NCBI GenBank assembly: GCA_963822435.1
Contig: CAWGHN010000006.1
Coordinates: 30,307-94,306 of the forward strand
Source: an uncultured Alphaproteobacteria bacterium
GTDB lineage: Bacteria > Pseudomonadota > Alphaproteobacteria > Rhodobacterales > Rhodobacteraceae
Length of the DNA: 64,000 bases
Direction of reading: 5' to 3'
Part shown: positions 1-9,153 of the stretch, in pieces
Position numbering within the stretch: position 1 is the first letter of the stretch
How the letters are laid out: each line of letters opens with the position of its first letter
Translations under genes and position numbers: made by a program
The notes under the pieces: generated by a model
Database searches by the model: none
What the model saw: the letters and a program-made list of their open reading frames with translations, nothing else
What the model was told of the DNA's origin: nothing

Positions 1-4
1 CTTC

Positions 5-1339
5 GTGGTGAACCCCCGCGGGCCGGTATCGGGCACATCGGTCCTTGGTATCTCGCATCCCGTGCAGGGCGCAGCGGGCGATTTTCTGGGCTATGTTGTT
101 GTGTCGCTGTCGCACAACGCCCTCAACGAGCTTCGGTTGGATACATTCGATAGCACCCTTGGCAGCACGGCTGCGCCAGTTGAATTCTGGACCTTCGACC
201 GTGATGGAACCCTGCTTACCTCAAACCTTGACCTCGCGGCTGCCGCAAAGCGGGTTCCCGCCTCACGGCCGTTGGCGGAGTTTGTCGGAACGGGATCGTC
301 GGTGGTGCAGGATACGTCACGCGATGGACAGAACATGAGCTATGCCATCGTGCCGATCGTTCCCGGCGACCTTTACCTGATGAGCGCATTTCGGCGCGAA
401 CTGACCGATGTGGGTGGAGGCCTTTCCGCCTATATGCCCACCCTTCTGATGTGGCTGATCGGGTTGGTCGCTGCCGGTCTGGCGGCCGAGTTTCTGGTGA
501 CACGGCATGTCCGCACGCTGAACCGCGCCATTGTGAGCTTTGCGCGCGGCGACCGTCGCCTGCAGGCCATCGACCTTGATAATGCCCCGGTAGAACTGCA
601 CGAACTGGCCTCGGCCTATACCGCGATGACCGAAAGCATCACGCGAAGCGAAGCCGAGCTGGAAGATTCGGTGCATCAGAAAGAAGTGTTGCTGCGCGAG
701 GTGCATCATCGCGTGAAGAACAACCTTCAGCTCATTTCGTCGATCATGAACATCCAATTGCGCAGCGCCGAAAGCGCCGAGGCCAAGACGCTGCTGCGCA
801 ACCTGCAAGAGCGGATCATGTCACTGGCCACGGTTCATCGCGGGCTTTACCAGACCAGCGGGCTTGCCGATGTCAGGGCGCGCGAGTTGATCCCGGATAT
901 CCTGCGCCAGATCACCTCGATTTCTTCCGGGCCGGAAAAACCCTTCGTCACCGAAACCGACATCGACGATCTGCGGTTGGTTCCGGATCAGGCCATTCCT
1001 CTGTCGTTGCTGCTGGCCGAGGCGTTGACCAACGCGATGAAGCACGCAGGTGCCACGCGAGACAGGCCCGGCAAGCTGCGGGTGCGCTTGAAACGGTCTG
1101 GTGGTAGCGAGGCGATATTGCAGGTCAGCAACAGCCGCCCCGATGTTTCCATGCGTGCGCGTATCCCTGCTTCCCGCACCGGGATCGGCACGCAGTTGAT
1201 CATGGCCTTCGTCCAGCAACTGGGCGGCCGCACCGACTCGGGCGAGGATGACACCGAATATCACATGCGCGTCACGTTCCCCGTCTCGCCCCTCGTCACC
1301 GCCGAGAACCGTGAGCGAAACGAAGCTTCCCCTGACTAG
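5..1339 (+). CDS. Sensor histidine kinase, HisKA_2/HWE type; N-terminus probably cut by window edge
   Basis: ORF open to base 5. TM segment LLMWLIGLVAAGLAAEFLV is followed by a HAMP-like linker. H-box EVHHRVKNNLQLISSIMNIQ is typical of HisKA_2/HWE kinases. C-terminal ATPase-like region present. Confidence 0.8.
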   Translation: MVNPRGPVSGTSVLGISHPVQGAAGDFLGYVVVSLSHNALNELRLDTFDSTLGSTAAPVEFWTFDRDGTLLTSNLDLAAAAKRVPASRPLAEFVGTGSSVVQDTSRDGQNMSYAIVPIVPGDLYLMSAFRRELTDVGGGLSAYMPTLLMWLIGLVAAGLAAEFLVTRHVRTLNRAIVSFARGDRRLQAIDLDNAPVELHELASAYTAMTESITRSEAELEDSVHQKEVLLREVHHRVKNNLQLISSIMNIQLRSAESAEAKTLLRNLQERIMSLATVHRGLYQTSGLADVRARELIPDILRQITSISSGPEKPFVTETDIDDLRLVPDQAIPLSLLLAEALTNAMKHAGATRDRPGKLRVRLKRSGGSEAILQVSNSRPDVSMRARIPASRTGIGTQLIMAFVQQLGGRTDSGEDDTEYHMRVTFPVSPLVTAENRERNEASPD

Positions 1340-1359
1340 CATGGGAACGATCCGGTGCG

Positions 1360-2967
1360 ATGAGGCGTTTGCCCCATGTGCCTGAAACCAGATCGAGAGT
1401 GCGAATGCCGGGCGCCACGCGGTCAGTCAAAATACTGCTGACGGCAGCTGAAGCGTACCCGGCGCTGGAACGGGCGTTTCTGGCCGCCAAGACGGAAATC
1501 TGGGCCAGTTTCATGATCTTCGATCTCTCGACGCGGCTGCGATCCGACGAAGGCCGCGCCATTGGCAAGACCTGGTTCGATCTGGTGGTGCACACGCTCA
1601 ATCGCGGTGTGGCGCTGCATATCTCCATCAGTGATGTCGATCCGATTGCGCGGGCCGCCATGCACCGCACTGCATGTCGCCACCAGCGCATGTTCTTTGC
1701 GGCCGCTGGTGTGGCTGACCCGGGGGCGAAATTGCACGTCAGGCGCCTGCGCCATTCGGCCGAAACCGGCGTGCTGATCCGGCTGCTGATCTGGCCCTAT
1801 ATCATGCAGAAAGTGTTTCGCACCGCACGCTGGCTGAACCGCCAGACGCCTGCAATCCGGCAAGCCGCGTTGCGCGATATGGAAGGGGCCGTGCGCAACC
1901 TGCATGTCCGCAAGGATGGCACGGTCCGGCCCAAATTCCGCGCGCTGCCGCGTCTCTTTCCATCGCTGCACCACCAAAAGCTCGCGGTGATCGACCGCAA
2001 GCTTCTTTACATCGGCGGTCTCGATCTGGACGAGCGCCGCTATGACACCCCTTTGCACCGTCGGCCGGGCGACGAGACGTGGCATGACGTGCAACTGATG
2101 ATCGAGGGCGCGGTGGTGGCCGAGGCGCAGGCCCACCTTGAAACGTTCAGCGATGTGATCGACGGTCGCAGTGCCCCGGCCCGAACAAGGCGCCTGTTGC
2201 GCACCTTGTCACGCCCGCGTCGGCACAGCCTCTGGCACTTTGGGCCTGAACCGTTGGTCACAGAATTCTATTCGGCTCATGTTGTTCTGGCCCGCCGTGC
2301 CAAAGACCTAATTTACATCGAAACGCAGTATTTTCGAGACCCATCGCTCGCCAAGGTTCTGGCCGATCAGGCACGGCGCAAACCGTCGTTGAAGTTGATC
2401 CTCATCCTGCCGGCGGCCCCTGACGATGTCGCCTTCGATGGTCGGCGCGGGCTGGACGCTCGCTTTGGCGAAGCGATGCAAGCCCGTGCGCTGCGAATTC
2501 TGCGAGGCGGCTTTGGGGCCAGGCTGTTCGTAGGGTCGCCCGCCCAGCCGCGCCCGGCCCTACCCGATGGCAGGGCCGATCCGGCTGACCGCCGTGACCG
2601 GCATTTTGGTGCACCCTTGGTGTATGTGCATGCAAAGCTATCAGTTTTCGACGACTTCGCCGCAGTGGTGTCCTCGGCCAACCTGAACGGGCGCAGCCTT
2701 CGGTGGGACACCGAGGCGGGCGTATATCTGAACGCGCCAAATGACGTTCTGGAATTGCGCCACAGGGTCATGGCACATTGGTTGCCGCCCGACGCCGGCC
2801 CGGAAGCGTATGATATGCAGACCGCACTGGCGTTCTGGGCGGCCCATGCCTGGCGCAACGCCGCGCGGCATCCGCGCGACCGCCAAGGCTATCTTCTGCC
2901 GCATGATTTCGCCGCAGCCGAAGCGTTTGGCCGAAAACCGCCGATCTTGCCAGGCGAATTCGTCTGA
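1360..2967 (+). CDS. Phospholipase D / cardiolipin-synthase-like protein with two HKD motifs
   Basis: Two HKD motifs seen: HHQKLAVIDRKLLYIGGLDL and HAKLSVFDDFAAVVSSANLNGRS. Start could also be ATG 1405. Confidence 0.8.
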   Translation: MRRLPHVPETRSRVRMPGATRSVKILLTAAEAYPALERAFLAAKTEIWASFMIFDLSTRLRSDEGRAIGKTWFDLVVHTLNRGVALHISISDVDPIARAAMHRTACRHQRMFFAAAGVADPGAKLHVRRLRHSAETGVLIRLLIWPYIMQKVFRTARWLNRQTPAIRQAALRDMEGAVRNLHVRKDGTVRPKFRALPRLFPSLHHQKLAVIDRKLLYIGGLDLDERRYDTPLHRRPGDETWHDVQLMIEGAVVAEAQAHLETFSDVIDGRSAPARTRRLLRTLSRPRRHSLWHFGPEPLVTEFYSAHVVLARRAKDLIYIETQYFRDPSLAKVLADQARRKPSLKLILILPAAPDDVAFDGRRGLDARFGEAMQARALRILRGGFGARLFVGSPAQPRPALPDGRADPADRRDRHFGAPLVYVHAKLSVFDDFAAVVSSANLNGRSLRWDTEAGVYLNAPNDVLELRHRVMAHWLPPDAGPEAYDMQTALAFWAAHAWRNAARHPRDRQGYLLPHDFAAAEAFGRKPPILPGEFV

Positions 2968-2979
2968 TGATCGCAGGAT

Positions 2980-3005
2980 GGAACCCGATACCCAAGCGAG
3001 GGGTT
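2980..3005 (+). promoter_or_regulatory. Candidate EcfG (general stress sigma) promoter for csbD: GGAAC-N17-GGTT
   Basis: GGAAC at 2980-2984 and GGTT at 3002-3005, about 40 nt upstream of the csbD ATG. The -10 is near-consensus only. Confidence 0.4.
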
Positions 3006-3046
3006 TTGACTGCAGAGGGCACGTCCGCCCGAACAAGGAGAAAATC

Positions 3047-3244
3047 ATGAATTGGGATCAGATCGAAGGCAAGTGGAAGCAGTACGCCGGCAAGGCAAAG
3101 GAAGCCTGGGGCGACCTTACTGATGACGACCTTGATCGCGCTGCGGGCAAGCGTGACCAGATGATCGGCCTCGTGCAGGAAAAGTACGGCAAGACGAAGA
3201 ATGATGCCGAGCGCGAAGTCGATGACTGGTTCCGCCGGCTCTGA
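3047..3244 (+). CDS. csbD: CsbD-family stress response protein (65 aa)
   Basis: MNWDQIEGKWKQYAGKAKEAWGDLTDDDLDRAAGKRDQMIGLVQEKYG is a textbook CsbD sequence. AAGGAG SD at 3035-3040. It is the internal start of ORF 2741-3244. Confidence 0.9.
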   Translation: MNWDQIEGKWKQYAGKAKEAWGDLTDDDLDRAAGKRDQMIGLVQEKYGKTKNDAEREVDDWFRRL

Positions 3245-3266
3245 GACATCCGTCTATGATAGTTCG

Positions 3267-3290
3267 GGCGCGCTTTCGGGCGCGCCTGTT
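3267..3290. terminator. GC hairpin between convergent csbD and DUF421 genes (possible bidirectional terminator)
   Basis: GGCGCGC (3267-3273) pairs with GCGCGCC (3280-3286), loop TTTCGG, followed by TGTTTC. Confidence 0.45.
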
Positions 3291-3980
3291 TCATGTGGGC
3301 TCGTCGGGTTCGATGGCCGCCGCAGTAAAAGTCCGGTTCGCACAGTGCGTGCAGATCGTTTCGTCCCTATCCGCCGGGCTGCCGCAGGCGCTGCAAAGTC
3401 GCGAGGCCAGGCGAAGGGGGATCGGCGAATGGGCGGTGTGTGGCGGCAAAAGGGCAAGGCCGCTTACCGTACCCCGGTTGCGAAAGACGCTGAACGTGCC
3501 ACTCGTCTCCAGTCGGGCATGTGCGACCCGCCCGAGGTTTCGGATGCCATGCTCGCGCAGCCCTTCGAACAGTTCCTCTCGGCTGACCTTCAGCGCACGC
3601 AGCGCCTTCATGTTGATCCTTCCGTTGTCCACAACAGCGACGCTTCGGCCCGAAAAAACCCGTCGCACCAGCGGGCTTTCGACCATGCCAATGTCGATCA
3701 GCTTGTTGATGATCACGACCAGCGTGATCACCGTCATCGCGTGCAACAGCGGCACGTCCCCGTAGAACATTGCATCCCCGACAGCCGAGCCGAGTGCCAC
3801 GACCAGAAGAAACTCGACCACCGACATCTGCCCGACGCCTCGTCCGCCGATCCAGCGGATGAGCAGCAGCGAATAGGCATAGATGATCAGCGTTCGGATC
3901 ACGATTTCCTGCAGAAAACCGATCGGCTGGTCGCCAATGAACATCTTGTGCCAGTCGATGGTCCGGGCGGCGTCCAGCAT
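3291..3980 (-). CDS. DUF421 (YetF-like) membrane protein with C-terminal CxxC..CxxC tail
   Basis: N-terminal TM helices plus the YetF-like core (RSVAVVDNGRINMKALRALKVSREELFEGLREHGI). The tail carries LCSACGSPADRDETICTHCANR. Confidence 0.8.
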   Translation of the reverse strand: MLDAARTIDWHKMFIGDQPIGFLQEIVIRTLIIYAYSLLLIRWIGGRGVGQMSVVEFLLVVALGSAVGDAMFYGDVPLLHAMTVITLVVIINKLIDIGMVESPLVRRVFSGRSVAVVDNGRINMKALRALKVSREELFEGLREHGIRNLGRVAHARLETSGTFSVFRNRGTVSGLALLPPHTAHSPIPLRLASRLCSACGSPADRDETICTHCANRTFTAAAIEPDEPT

Positions 3981-4011
3981 CCGCTAACTCCCAATGGCTC
4001 GTCTCGCGGCC

Positions 4012-4037
4012 AACGCAGCAGGCTTTTGTCGGGTTCC
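4012..4037 (-). promoter_or_regulatory. Candidate EcfG promoter for the DUF421 gene: perfect GGAAC-N17-CGTT
   Basis: Minus strand reads GGAACCCGACAAAAGCCTGCTGCGTT. The -10 lies about 32 nt upstream of ATG 3980. SD GGGAG lies between them. Confidence 0.5.
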
Positions 4038-4038
4038 G

Positions 4039-4057
4039 CGCGCCGCTGAACGGCGCG
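4039..4057 (-). terminator. Hairpin directly after the ABC ATPase stop (weak terminator candidate)
   Basis: CGCGCCG (4039-4045) pairs with CGGCGCG (4051-4057), 5-nt loop. No clear U-tract. Confidence 0.3.
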
Positions 4058-4861
4058 TCAGGTTTGCCAGTCTGCGCCCACCTCTGGCAGCAGGATCGAA
4101 GCCAGAAGTTCGCGCGTGGCAGTGGCCTTTGGGGCGGCGAACACTTCGGCGCTGGGGGCGTTTTCAACGATCACGCCCTGGTCGAGAACGATGATCCGGT
4201 TGCACAGCCGCCGGATCACCGAGAGATCGTGGCTGATGAAGGCCAGTGTCAGGCCAAGGTCTGCCACCAGCCGTTCCAACAGCGACAACACCTGCGCCTG
4301 TGACGACACGTCGAGGCCTGACACGATCTCGTCGGCCACGATGAAATCTGGGCGCAGCGCAATGGCTCGGGCGATACCGACACGCTGGCGTTGGCCGCCC
4401 GACATTTCATGCGGATGCCGGGTGCCAAAGCGTTGGCCAAGGCCGACGGCATCCAGCGCCTCGCGCATCCGGCCGGAGGGATTGGCGACATCGTGCAGGG
4501 CAAGCGGCCCTTCGATGATTTGCGCGACCGTATGGCGCGGGTTCAGCGAGGACATCGGATCTTGAAAGATCATCTGGAAGCGGCGACGCAGTGGGCGCAG
4601 CGCGGCCTCCGACAGGTGGCTGATATCATGCCCGTCAAAGCGGATCGTGCCGGCGCTTGGCTGCAACAGCCGCACAAGGGTGCGCGCCAGCGTTGATTTC
4701 CCCGAACCGGAGCCGCCGACGATGCCCACAATCTCGCCCTTGGCGATTGCGAAATCGACCCCCTTCAGAATGTGGATGCGCGGCGCCGCGCCGAACAACG
4801 GCTTGCGGTTCAGATCGGGCTGCGACAGGTGCAGGCCGGTGATGCGCAGAAGATCGGTCAC
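4058..4861 (-). CDS. Peptide/nickel-type ABC transporter ATP-binding protein (DppF/OppF-like)
   Basis: Walker A GGSGSGKST, signature MSGGQRQRVGIARA. GTG start overlaps the upstream stop (GTGA). Confidence 0.9.
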   Translation of the reverse strand: MTDLLRITGLHLSQPDLNRKPLFGAAPRIHILKGVDFAIAKGEIVGIVGGSGSGKSTLARTLVRLLQPSAGTIRFDGHDISHLSEAALRPLRRRFQMIFQDPMSSLNPRHTVAQIIEGPLALHDVANPSGRMREALDAVGLGQRFGTRHPHEMSGGQRQRVGIARAIALRPDFIVADEIVSGLDVSSQAQVLSLLERLVADLGLTLAFISHDLSVIRRLCNRIIVLDQGVIVENAPSAEVFAAPKATATRELLASILLPEVGADWQT

Positions 4862-5724
4862 GGCACCCTCCGGTCATAGGCTTCAACGTCCGCCCGGACC
4901 GCCGCGATCACGGCGTCAGGGATCGGCAGCAGGCTTGCTTCGGGGTCGGTGTATTTCGGCGTCGCCGCAAGCAGCGCGCGGGAATAGGGATGTGCCGGTC
5001 CGGTGAAATAGGCCTCGGTCGTGGTATCCTCGACCACAAGACCACCGTAGAGGACGGAGATCTTCTGGCACACCTTGGCGACTACCCCAAGGTCATGCGT
5101 CACGAACAACAGTGCCGTGCCGTGCCGTGCCTGCATTGCGGCAATCAGTTTCAGAATCTGCTTTTGCACTGTCACATCAAGTGCGGTCGTCGGTTCATCG
5201 GCGATGATCAGTTTCGGTTCGGCGGCAAACGCCGAGGCGATCAGGATGCGCTGACGCATTCCGCCCGAAAGCTCGTGCGGATAGGCGCGCAGAACGCGGG
5301 TAGGGTCGGTGATCTGGATCTCGTCCAGAAGCTCCATCGCGCGGGCGTCCGCAGCGCTGCGCGACCAGCCGAGGATATCCACCAGCCGGTCAGTGATCTG
5401 CGGCCCGATGCGGCGCGAGGGGTTCAGCGCGGTGAGCGGGTCTTGCGGGATGAGAGCGGTGCTGGCACCGATCAGGCGGCGACGATCGGCCGGTGAGAGG
5501 CTCAAAAGCTCGGTTCCATTCATCAGGATCGACCCGCCGGTGATCTCGACAGCGCGGGGCAGGATCCCGAGGATCGCCTTGCCTATCATGGATTTGCCCG
5601 CGCCGCTTTCGCCGACAAGCCCGCGCACTTCGCCCGCCTCGACGGTCAATGACACGCCGCGCAGCAGACGGTGGTCGGAGCCCTTGATGCGGGCCGAAAG
5701 ATTGGTGACCTTAAGAAAGCTCAT
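4858..5724 (-). CDS. Peptide/nickel-type ABC transporter ATP-binding protein (DppD/OppD-like)
   Basis: Walker A GESGAGKS, signature LSGGMRQRILIA. Start taken at MSFLKVTNL (ATG 5724), which forms an ATGA overlap with the permease stop. The longer ORF start at 5826 is rejected. Confidence 0.9.
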   Translation of the reverse strand: MSFLKVTNLSARIKGSDHRLLRGVSLTVEAGEVRGLVGESGAGKSMIGKAILGILPRAVEITGGSILMNGTELLSLSPADRRRLIGASTALIPQDPLTALNPSRRIGPQITDRLVDILGWSRSAADARAMELLDEIQITDPTRVLRAYPHELSGGMRQRILIASAFAAEPKLIIADEPTTALDVTVQKQILKLIAAMQARHGTALLFVTHDLGVVAKVCQKISVLYGGLVVEDTTTEAYFTGPAHPYSRALLAATPKYTDPEASLLPIPDAVIAAVRADVEAYDRRVP

Positions 5725-6572
5725 TGCAGCACCGGATCGTAGCGGTCTTTCAGGCCTTCGCCCAATTGGCTGAAGGCGAGGACCGTGAGGAACAGGGTGA
5801 CCAGCGGGAACACCAGCACCCACCACGCCTGATGCACTGAAGTGCGGCCTTCGGCGATCATCCCGCCCCAGGTGGGATCGTCGGTGGAGATCGACAAGTT
5901 CACGAACGACAGGATCGCCTCGACGATCACCGCGATGCCCATCTCCAGCGTGAGCAGGACAACGATGGTCGGCGCTACGTTCGGCAGGATTTCCCGCAGC
6001 ATCGTGCCGATGCGCGTGCGCCCTGCCACGCGGGCAGAAGCCACGTAATCCATAGCGCCCTGTGCCATCGCCTCGGCGCGCACGACCCGGGCAAACCGCG
6101 TCCAGTCGATCACAACGATGGCGATGATGATCGAGGCAAGGCCCGGGCCAAGGACGGCGATCAGCAGGATCGAGAACAGGACCGGGGGAAACGCCATCCA
6201 GATGTCGATTAGGCGCGAGATCACCAGATCGACCCAGCCGCGCAGGAACCCCGACAGAAGGCCCAATGTCGCGCCGATGAGGCAGGTGAGGGTGCCTGCA
6301 ACCACTGCTACGATCAAGGCGATGCGCGCGCCGTGAAGGATGCGGCTAAGCACGTCGCGGCCAAGGCTGTCTGTGCCAAGCCAGTAGCCGGGTTCGGTGC
6401 CTTCCATCCAGAAGGGTGGCAATCGGCCAAGAAACAGGTCTTGTGCCAAAGGGTCGTGCGGCGCTGCCCACGGGGCGAGGAGGGCTGCAGCCGTGACCAG
6501 CGCAATCCAACCGGCAGAAAGCCAGAGCCGCAGGCCGGCGCGGCGGGGGACAAGGGCGCGCGCGTCAGCCAT
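5721..6572 (-). CDS. ABC transporter permease (DppC-like)
   Basis: Multi-TM BPD-transporter-type permease. Start at MADARAL (6572) overlaps the upstream permease stop by 8 nt. Confidence 0.9.
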   Translation of the reverse strand: MADARALVPRRAGLRLWLSAGWIALVTAAALLAPWAAPHDPLAQDLFLGRLPPFWMEGTEPGYWLGTDSLGRDVLSRILHGARIALIVAVVAGTLTCLIGATLGLLSGFLRGWVDLVISRLIDIWMAFPPVLFSILLIAVLGPGLASIIIAIVVIDWTRFARVVRAEAMAQGAMDYVASARVAGRTRIGTMLREILPNVAPTIVVLLTLEMGIAVIVEAILSFVNLSISTDDPTWGGMIAEGRTSVHQAWWVLVFPLVTLFLTVLAFSQLGEGLKDRYDPVLQ

Positions 6573-7575
6573 GCCGGAGCCTCGGGTTGAGGACGGCATA
6601 GAGAAGATCGACAACAAGGTTCACGGCGGTGAAGATCACCGCAAACAGGATCACGATGCCCTGAATAAGCGGCAGGTCGCGGTTGATGACCGCGTCGATC
6701 GCCATGTTGCCAAGTCCCTCGTAGCTGAACAGCCGCTCGATGATGACCGTGCCGCCGATGAGAAAGGTGAACTGCACGCCTACAAGTGTCAGCGTCGGTA
6801 GGATGGCGTTCGGCAACGCCTCGCGCAGGATGACGTGATTTTCGCCGTAGCCCTTGGTGCGGGCAAGCGTGACGTAATCAAGCTGCATGGTTTCCTTGAG
6901 CGACTGCTTCAAAAGCTGCCCGATGATCGCGGCCAGCGGGATGGCGAGGGCAAGTGCGGGCAGAAACATGTGGCTGACGATGTCGAGCCAGAGGTCAAAG
7001 CGCAGGCGCACAAGGCTTTCAAAAAGGTAGAAGTTCGTTGTGAACGGCAGCTCCAGCGAAGGGGTGACGCGGCCCGAGATGTGGAAGATCGGGATCAGGA
7101 CCCCAAAGGCCAGAATCAGCAGCAATCCCCACAGGAAATCGGGGATCGACAGCGCCATGCCGTTGGTGATGTCGATGCCCGCCTCGGTCAGTGTGTCACG
7201 CTTGCGGGTGCCGGTGAGTGCCGCGATACCGCCGAGAATGACCGCAATGACCAGCGCCATGAGCGACAGTTCCAGTGTGGCGGGCAGCCGGCCAAGGACA
7301 AGGTCCAACACCGGTTGGCGGGCGGTGATCGAGGTGCCGAAATCGCCGTGCAAAACCCCGCCGCCCCAGATCAGGAATTGTTCGGGGATGGTCTTGTCCA
7401 GCCCGTATTGCGCGGTCAGGCGGGCAATGTCTTGGTCTGTGGCGCCGGGGGGCAGCATCATGGCAATCGGGTTGCCCGGCACCACGCGGACAACGACAAA
7501 CACGATGACCGCCACGCCGATCAGGGTGATCGCCGTGGTCAAAAGTCGCTGAAGGATGGCACTAAGAAGCTGCAT
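6565..7575 (-). CDS. ABC transporter permease (DppB-like)
   Basis: N-terminus MQLLSAILQRLLTTAITLIGV is typical of DppB/OppB permeases. Multi-TM. Confidence 0.9.
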   Translation of the reverse strand: MQLLSAILQRLLTTAITLIGVAVIVFVVVRVVPGNPIAMMLPPGATDQDIARLTAQYGLDKTIPEQFLIWGGGVLHGDFGTSITARQPVLDLVLGRLPATLELSLMALVIAVILGGIAALTGTRKRDTLTEAGIDITNGMALSIPDFLWGLLLILAFGVLIPIFHISGRVTPSLELPFTTNFYLFESLVRLRFDLWLDIVSHMFLPALALAIPLAAIIGQLLKQSLKETMQLDYVTLARTKGYGENHVILREALPNAILPTLTLVGVQFTFLIGGTVIIERLFSYEGLGNMAIDAVINRDLPLIQGIVILFAVIFTAVNLVVDLLYAVLNPRLRHG

Positions 7576-7581
7576 GGTAAT

Positions 7582-7603
7582 GGGCCGCCCCGAAAGGCGG
7601 CCC
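7582..7603 (-). other. Intercistronic stem-loop between the SBP and permease genes
   Basis: GGGCCGCC (7582-7589) pairs with GGCGGCCC (7596-7603), 8-bp perfect stem, 6-nt loop, in the 36-nt gap after the SBP stop. Confidence 0.45.
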
Positions 7604-7611
7604 GACTGTCC

Positions 7612-9129
7612 TTAGGCGCGCTTCATCAGGTGCGGCAGAAGCGCACCCGAAGCATGCGGCGTGACCGTGACGCCGGGCGCGGAAAGGATCGGCTGCACAT
7701 ACTGCAAAAGCGGGATCACCAGCGCGTTTTCAGCGATGTAGCGGTCGACGGCCTTCCAGCCCTCGATGCGCTTGGCCTCGTCCGCTTCGCCCCAGAGGGG
7801 GCCGATCATGTTGATCAGATCTTCACCGTCCCACACCGAATGCGGGCTGGGGCCGAACATGGCAAAGCCGGTCGACGTGGTCGGGTCGGCGACCGAATTG
7901 CCCCAGTTGTAGAAGGCGGCGGGGGCAAGCTGGTCGGCTGCGCGCAGTTCGTAGTGCTTGGCGATCTCGTAAACCTCGATCTCGGCTTCGATCCCGATCT
8001 TGCGCCACAGGCCGACGATGGCCTGCACCATTTCGTAGTCCTTCGGCTTGAAGCCCTTGGTGGTCTGGATCTTGAATTTCACCGGATTGTCCGGGCCGTA
8101 GCCCGACGCTGCCAGCGCGGCAATCGCGCCCGCCTCGTCGTAAGGCACGGTGATCGAGGGATCATAAGCCTCGTATTCCGGCGTTTGCAGCGTGTCGATC
8201 TTGACGCCGTAGCCGGACAAAAGCCGGTCGATGATCGTTTGTTTGTCAATCGCCCAGACGGCGGCCTTGCGCACATTGGGGTCTGTCATCACCTCGATAT
8301 CATTCAGGAAAATCATCCCGATATCCGAGATCGGCGCAGCAATGCCGTTCAGCGTGCCCTTCAGGCGGTCGTATTCTTCGTAGGGCATTTCCAGCGTGAC
8401 GTGGCTGTTGCCGGATTCCACCTCGGCCACCCGGGCGGCGGCGTCGGTCACGAATTTGATCGTAACGGTGTCGAAGTCAGGCTTGCCGCCCCAGTAGTTG
8501 GCGTTGGCCTTCAGCCGGACGAAGGCGTTGCGTTCGTACTTTTCGACCATGTAGGGGCCGGTGCCGATGGGGGCTGCCTCAAAGCCTTCAGGGCCAACCT
8601 TTTCGAAATAGGCTTTCGGCAAGACGTAGCCGGTCAGGAAATACATCCACTTGAAGATCGTAGGGTCGAACTGCTTGACGTCCGCCGTCACGGTGTTGCC
8701 TTCAGCCTTGATGTTGGCCAGCGTCGACCAGACAAAGTTGATCGGGTTGCCGGTGGCGGGATCGGCAGCGCGGGTCAGGCTCCAGGCCACATCCTCGGCG
8801 GTAAAGGGGCTGCCGTCATGCCAGGTGACGCCGTCGCGGACGGTCATGCTGACCTTGGTGCGATCCTCGTTCCAGCCCCATTCGGTGAGGAGGCCCGGGG
8901 CGGGCTTCAGGTCGGGCTGTTGCAGGATGAACTGGTCGAAGACTGACTGGTACAACCCCTGGATCGTCGGGTTCACCGCCGAGGGGCCGACCGTCGGGTC
9001 CCATGACGGCAGGTTCACATTGTAAGCGATGACCAGCTCGTCAATGGCGGCATGGGCGGGCAGTCCGGTGACGGATAAGGCGGCCAGCGCGGCGGAGGAT
9101 TGCAAAAGCGTGCGTCGGTTGAGGTTCAT
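7612..9129 (-). CDS. ABC transporter substrate-binding protein, family 5 (peptide/nickel type)
   Basis: Signal peptide MNLNRRTLLQSSAALAALSVTGLPAHA. About 500 aa with a family-5 SBP-like sequence. Confidence 0.9.
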   Translation of the reverse strand: MNLNRRTLLQSSAALAALSVTGLPAHAAIDELVIAYNVNLPSWDPTVGPSAVNPTIQGLYQSVFDQFILQQPDLKPAPGLLTEWGWNEDRTKVSMTVRDGVTWHDGSPFTAEDVAWSLTRAADPATGNPINFVWSTLANIKAEGNTVTADVKQFDPTIFKWMYFLTGYVLPKAYFEKVGPEGFEAAPIGTGPYMVEKYERNAFVRLKANANYWGGKPDFDTVTIKFVTDAAARVAEVESGNSHVTLEMPYEEYDRLKGTLNGIAAPISDIGMIFLNDIEVMTDPNVRKAAVWAIDKQTIIDRLLSGYGVKIDTLQTPEYEAYDPSITVPYDEAGAIAALAASGYGPDNPVKFKIQTTKGFKPKDYEMVQAIVGLWRKIGIEAEIEVYEIAKHYELRAADQLAPAAFYNWGNSVADPTTSTGFAMFGPSPHSVWDGEDLINMIGPLWGEADEAKRIEGWKAVDRYIAENALVIPLLQYVQPILSAPGVTVTPHASGALLPHLMKRA

Positions 9130-9153
9130 GTGTTTCTCCCTGTTTTTCGTTGT

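Noticed and set aside
6835-8946. 703-aa plus-strand ORF
   Set aside because: It is antisense to the well-supported SBP and permease genes. Its composition is dominated by R/G/D/H/A runs typical of off-frame translation of high-GC DNA, and no recognisable motif is present.
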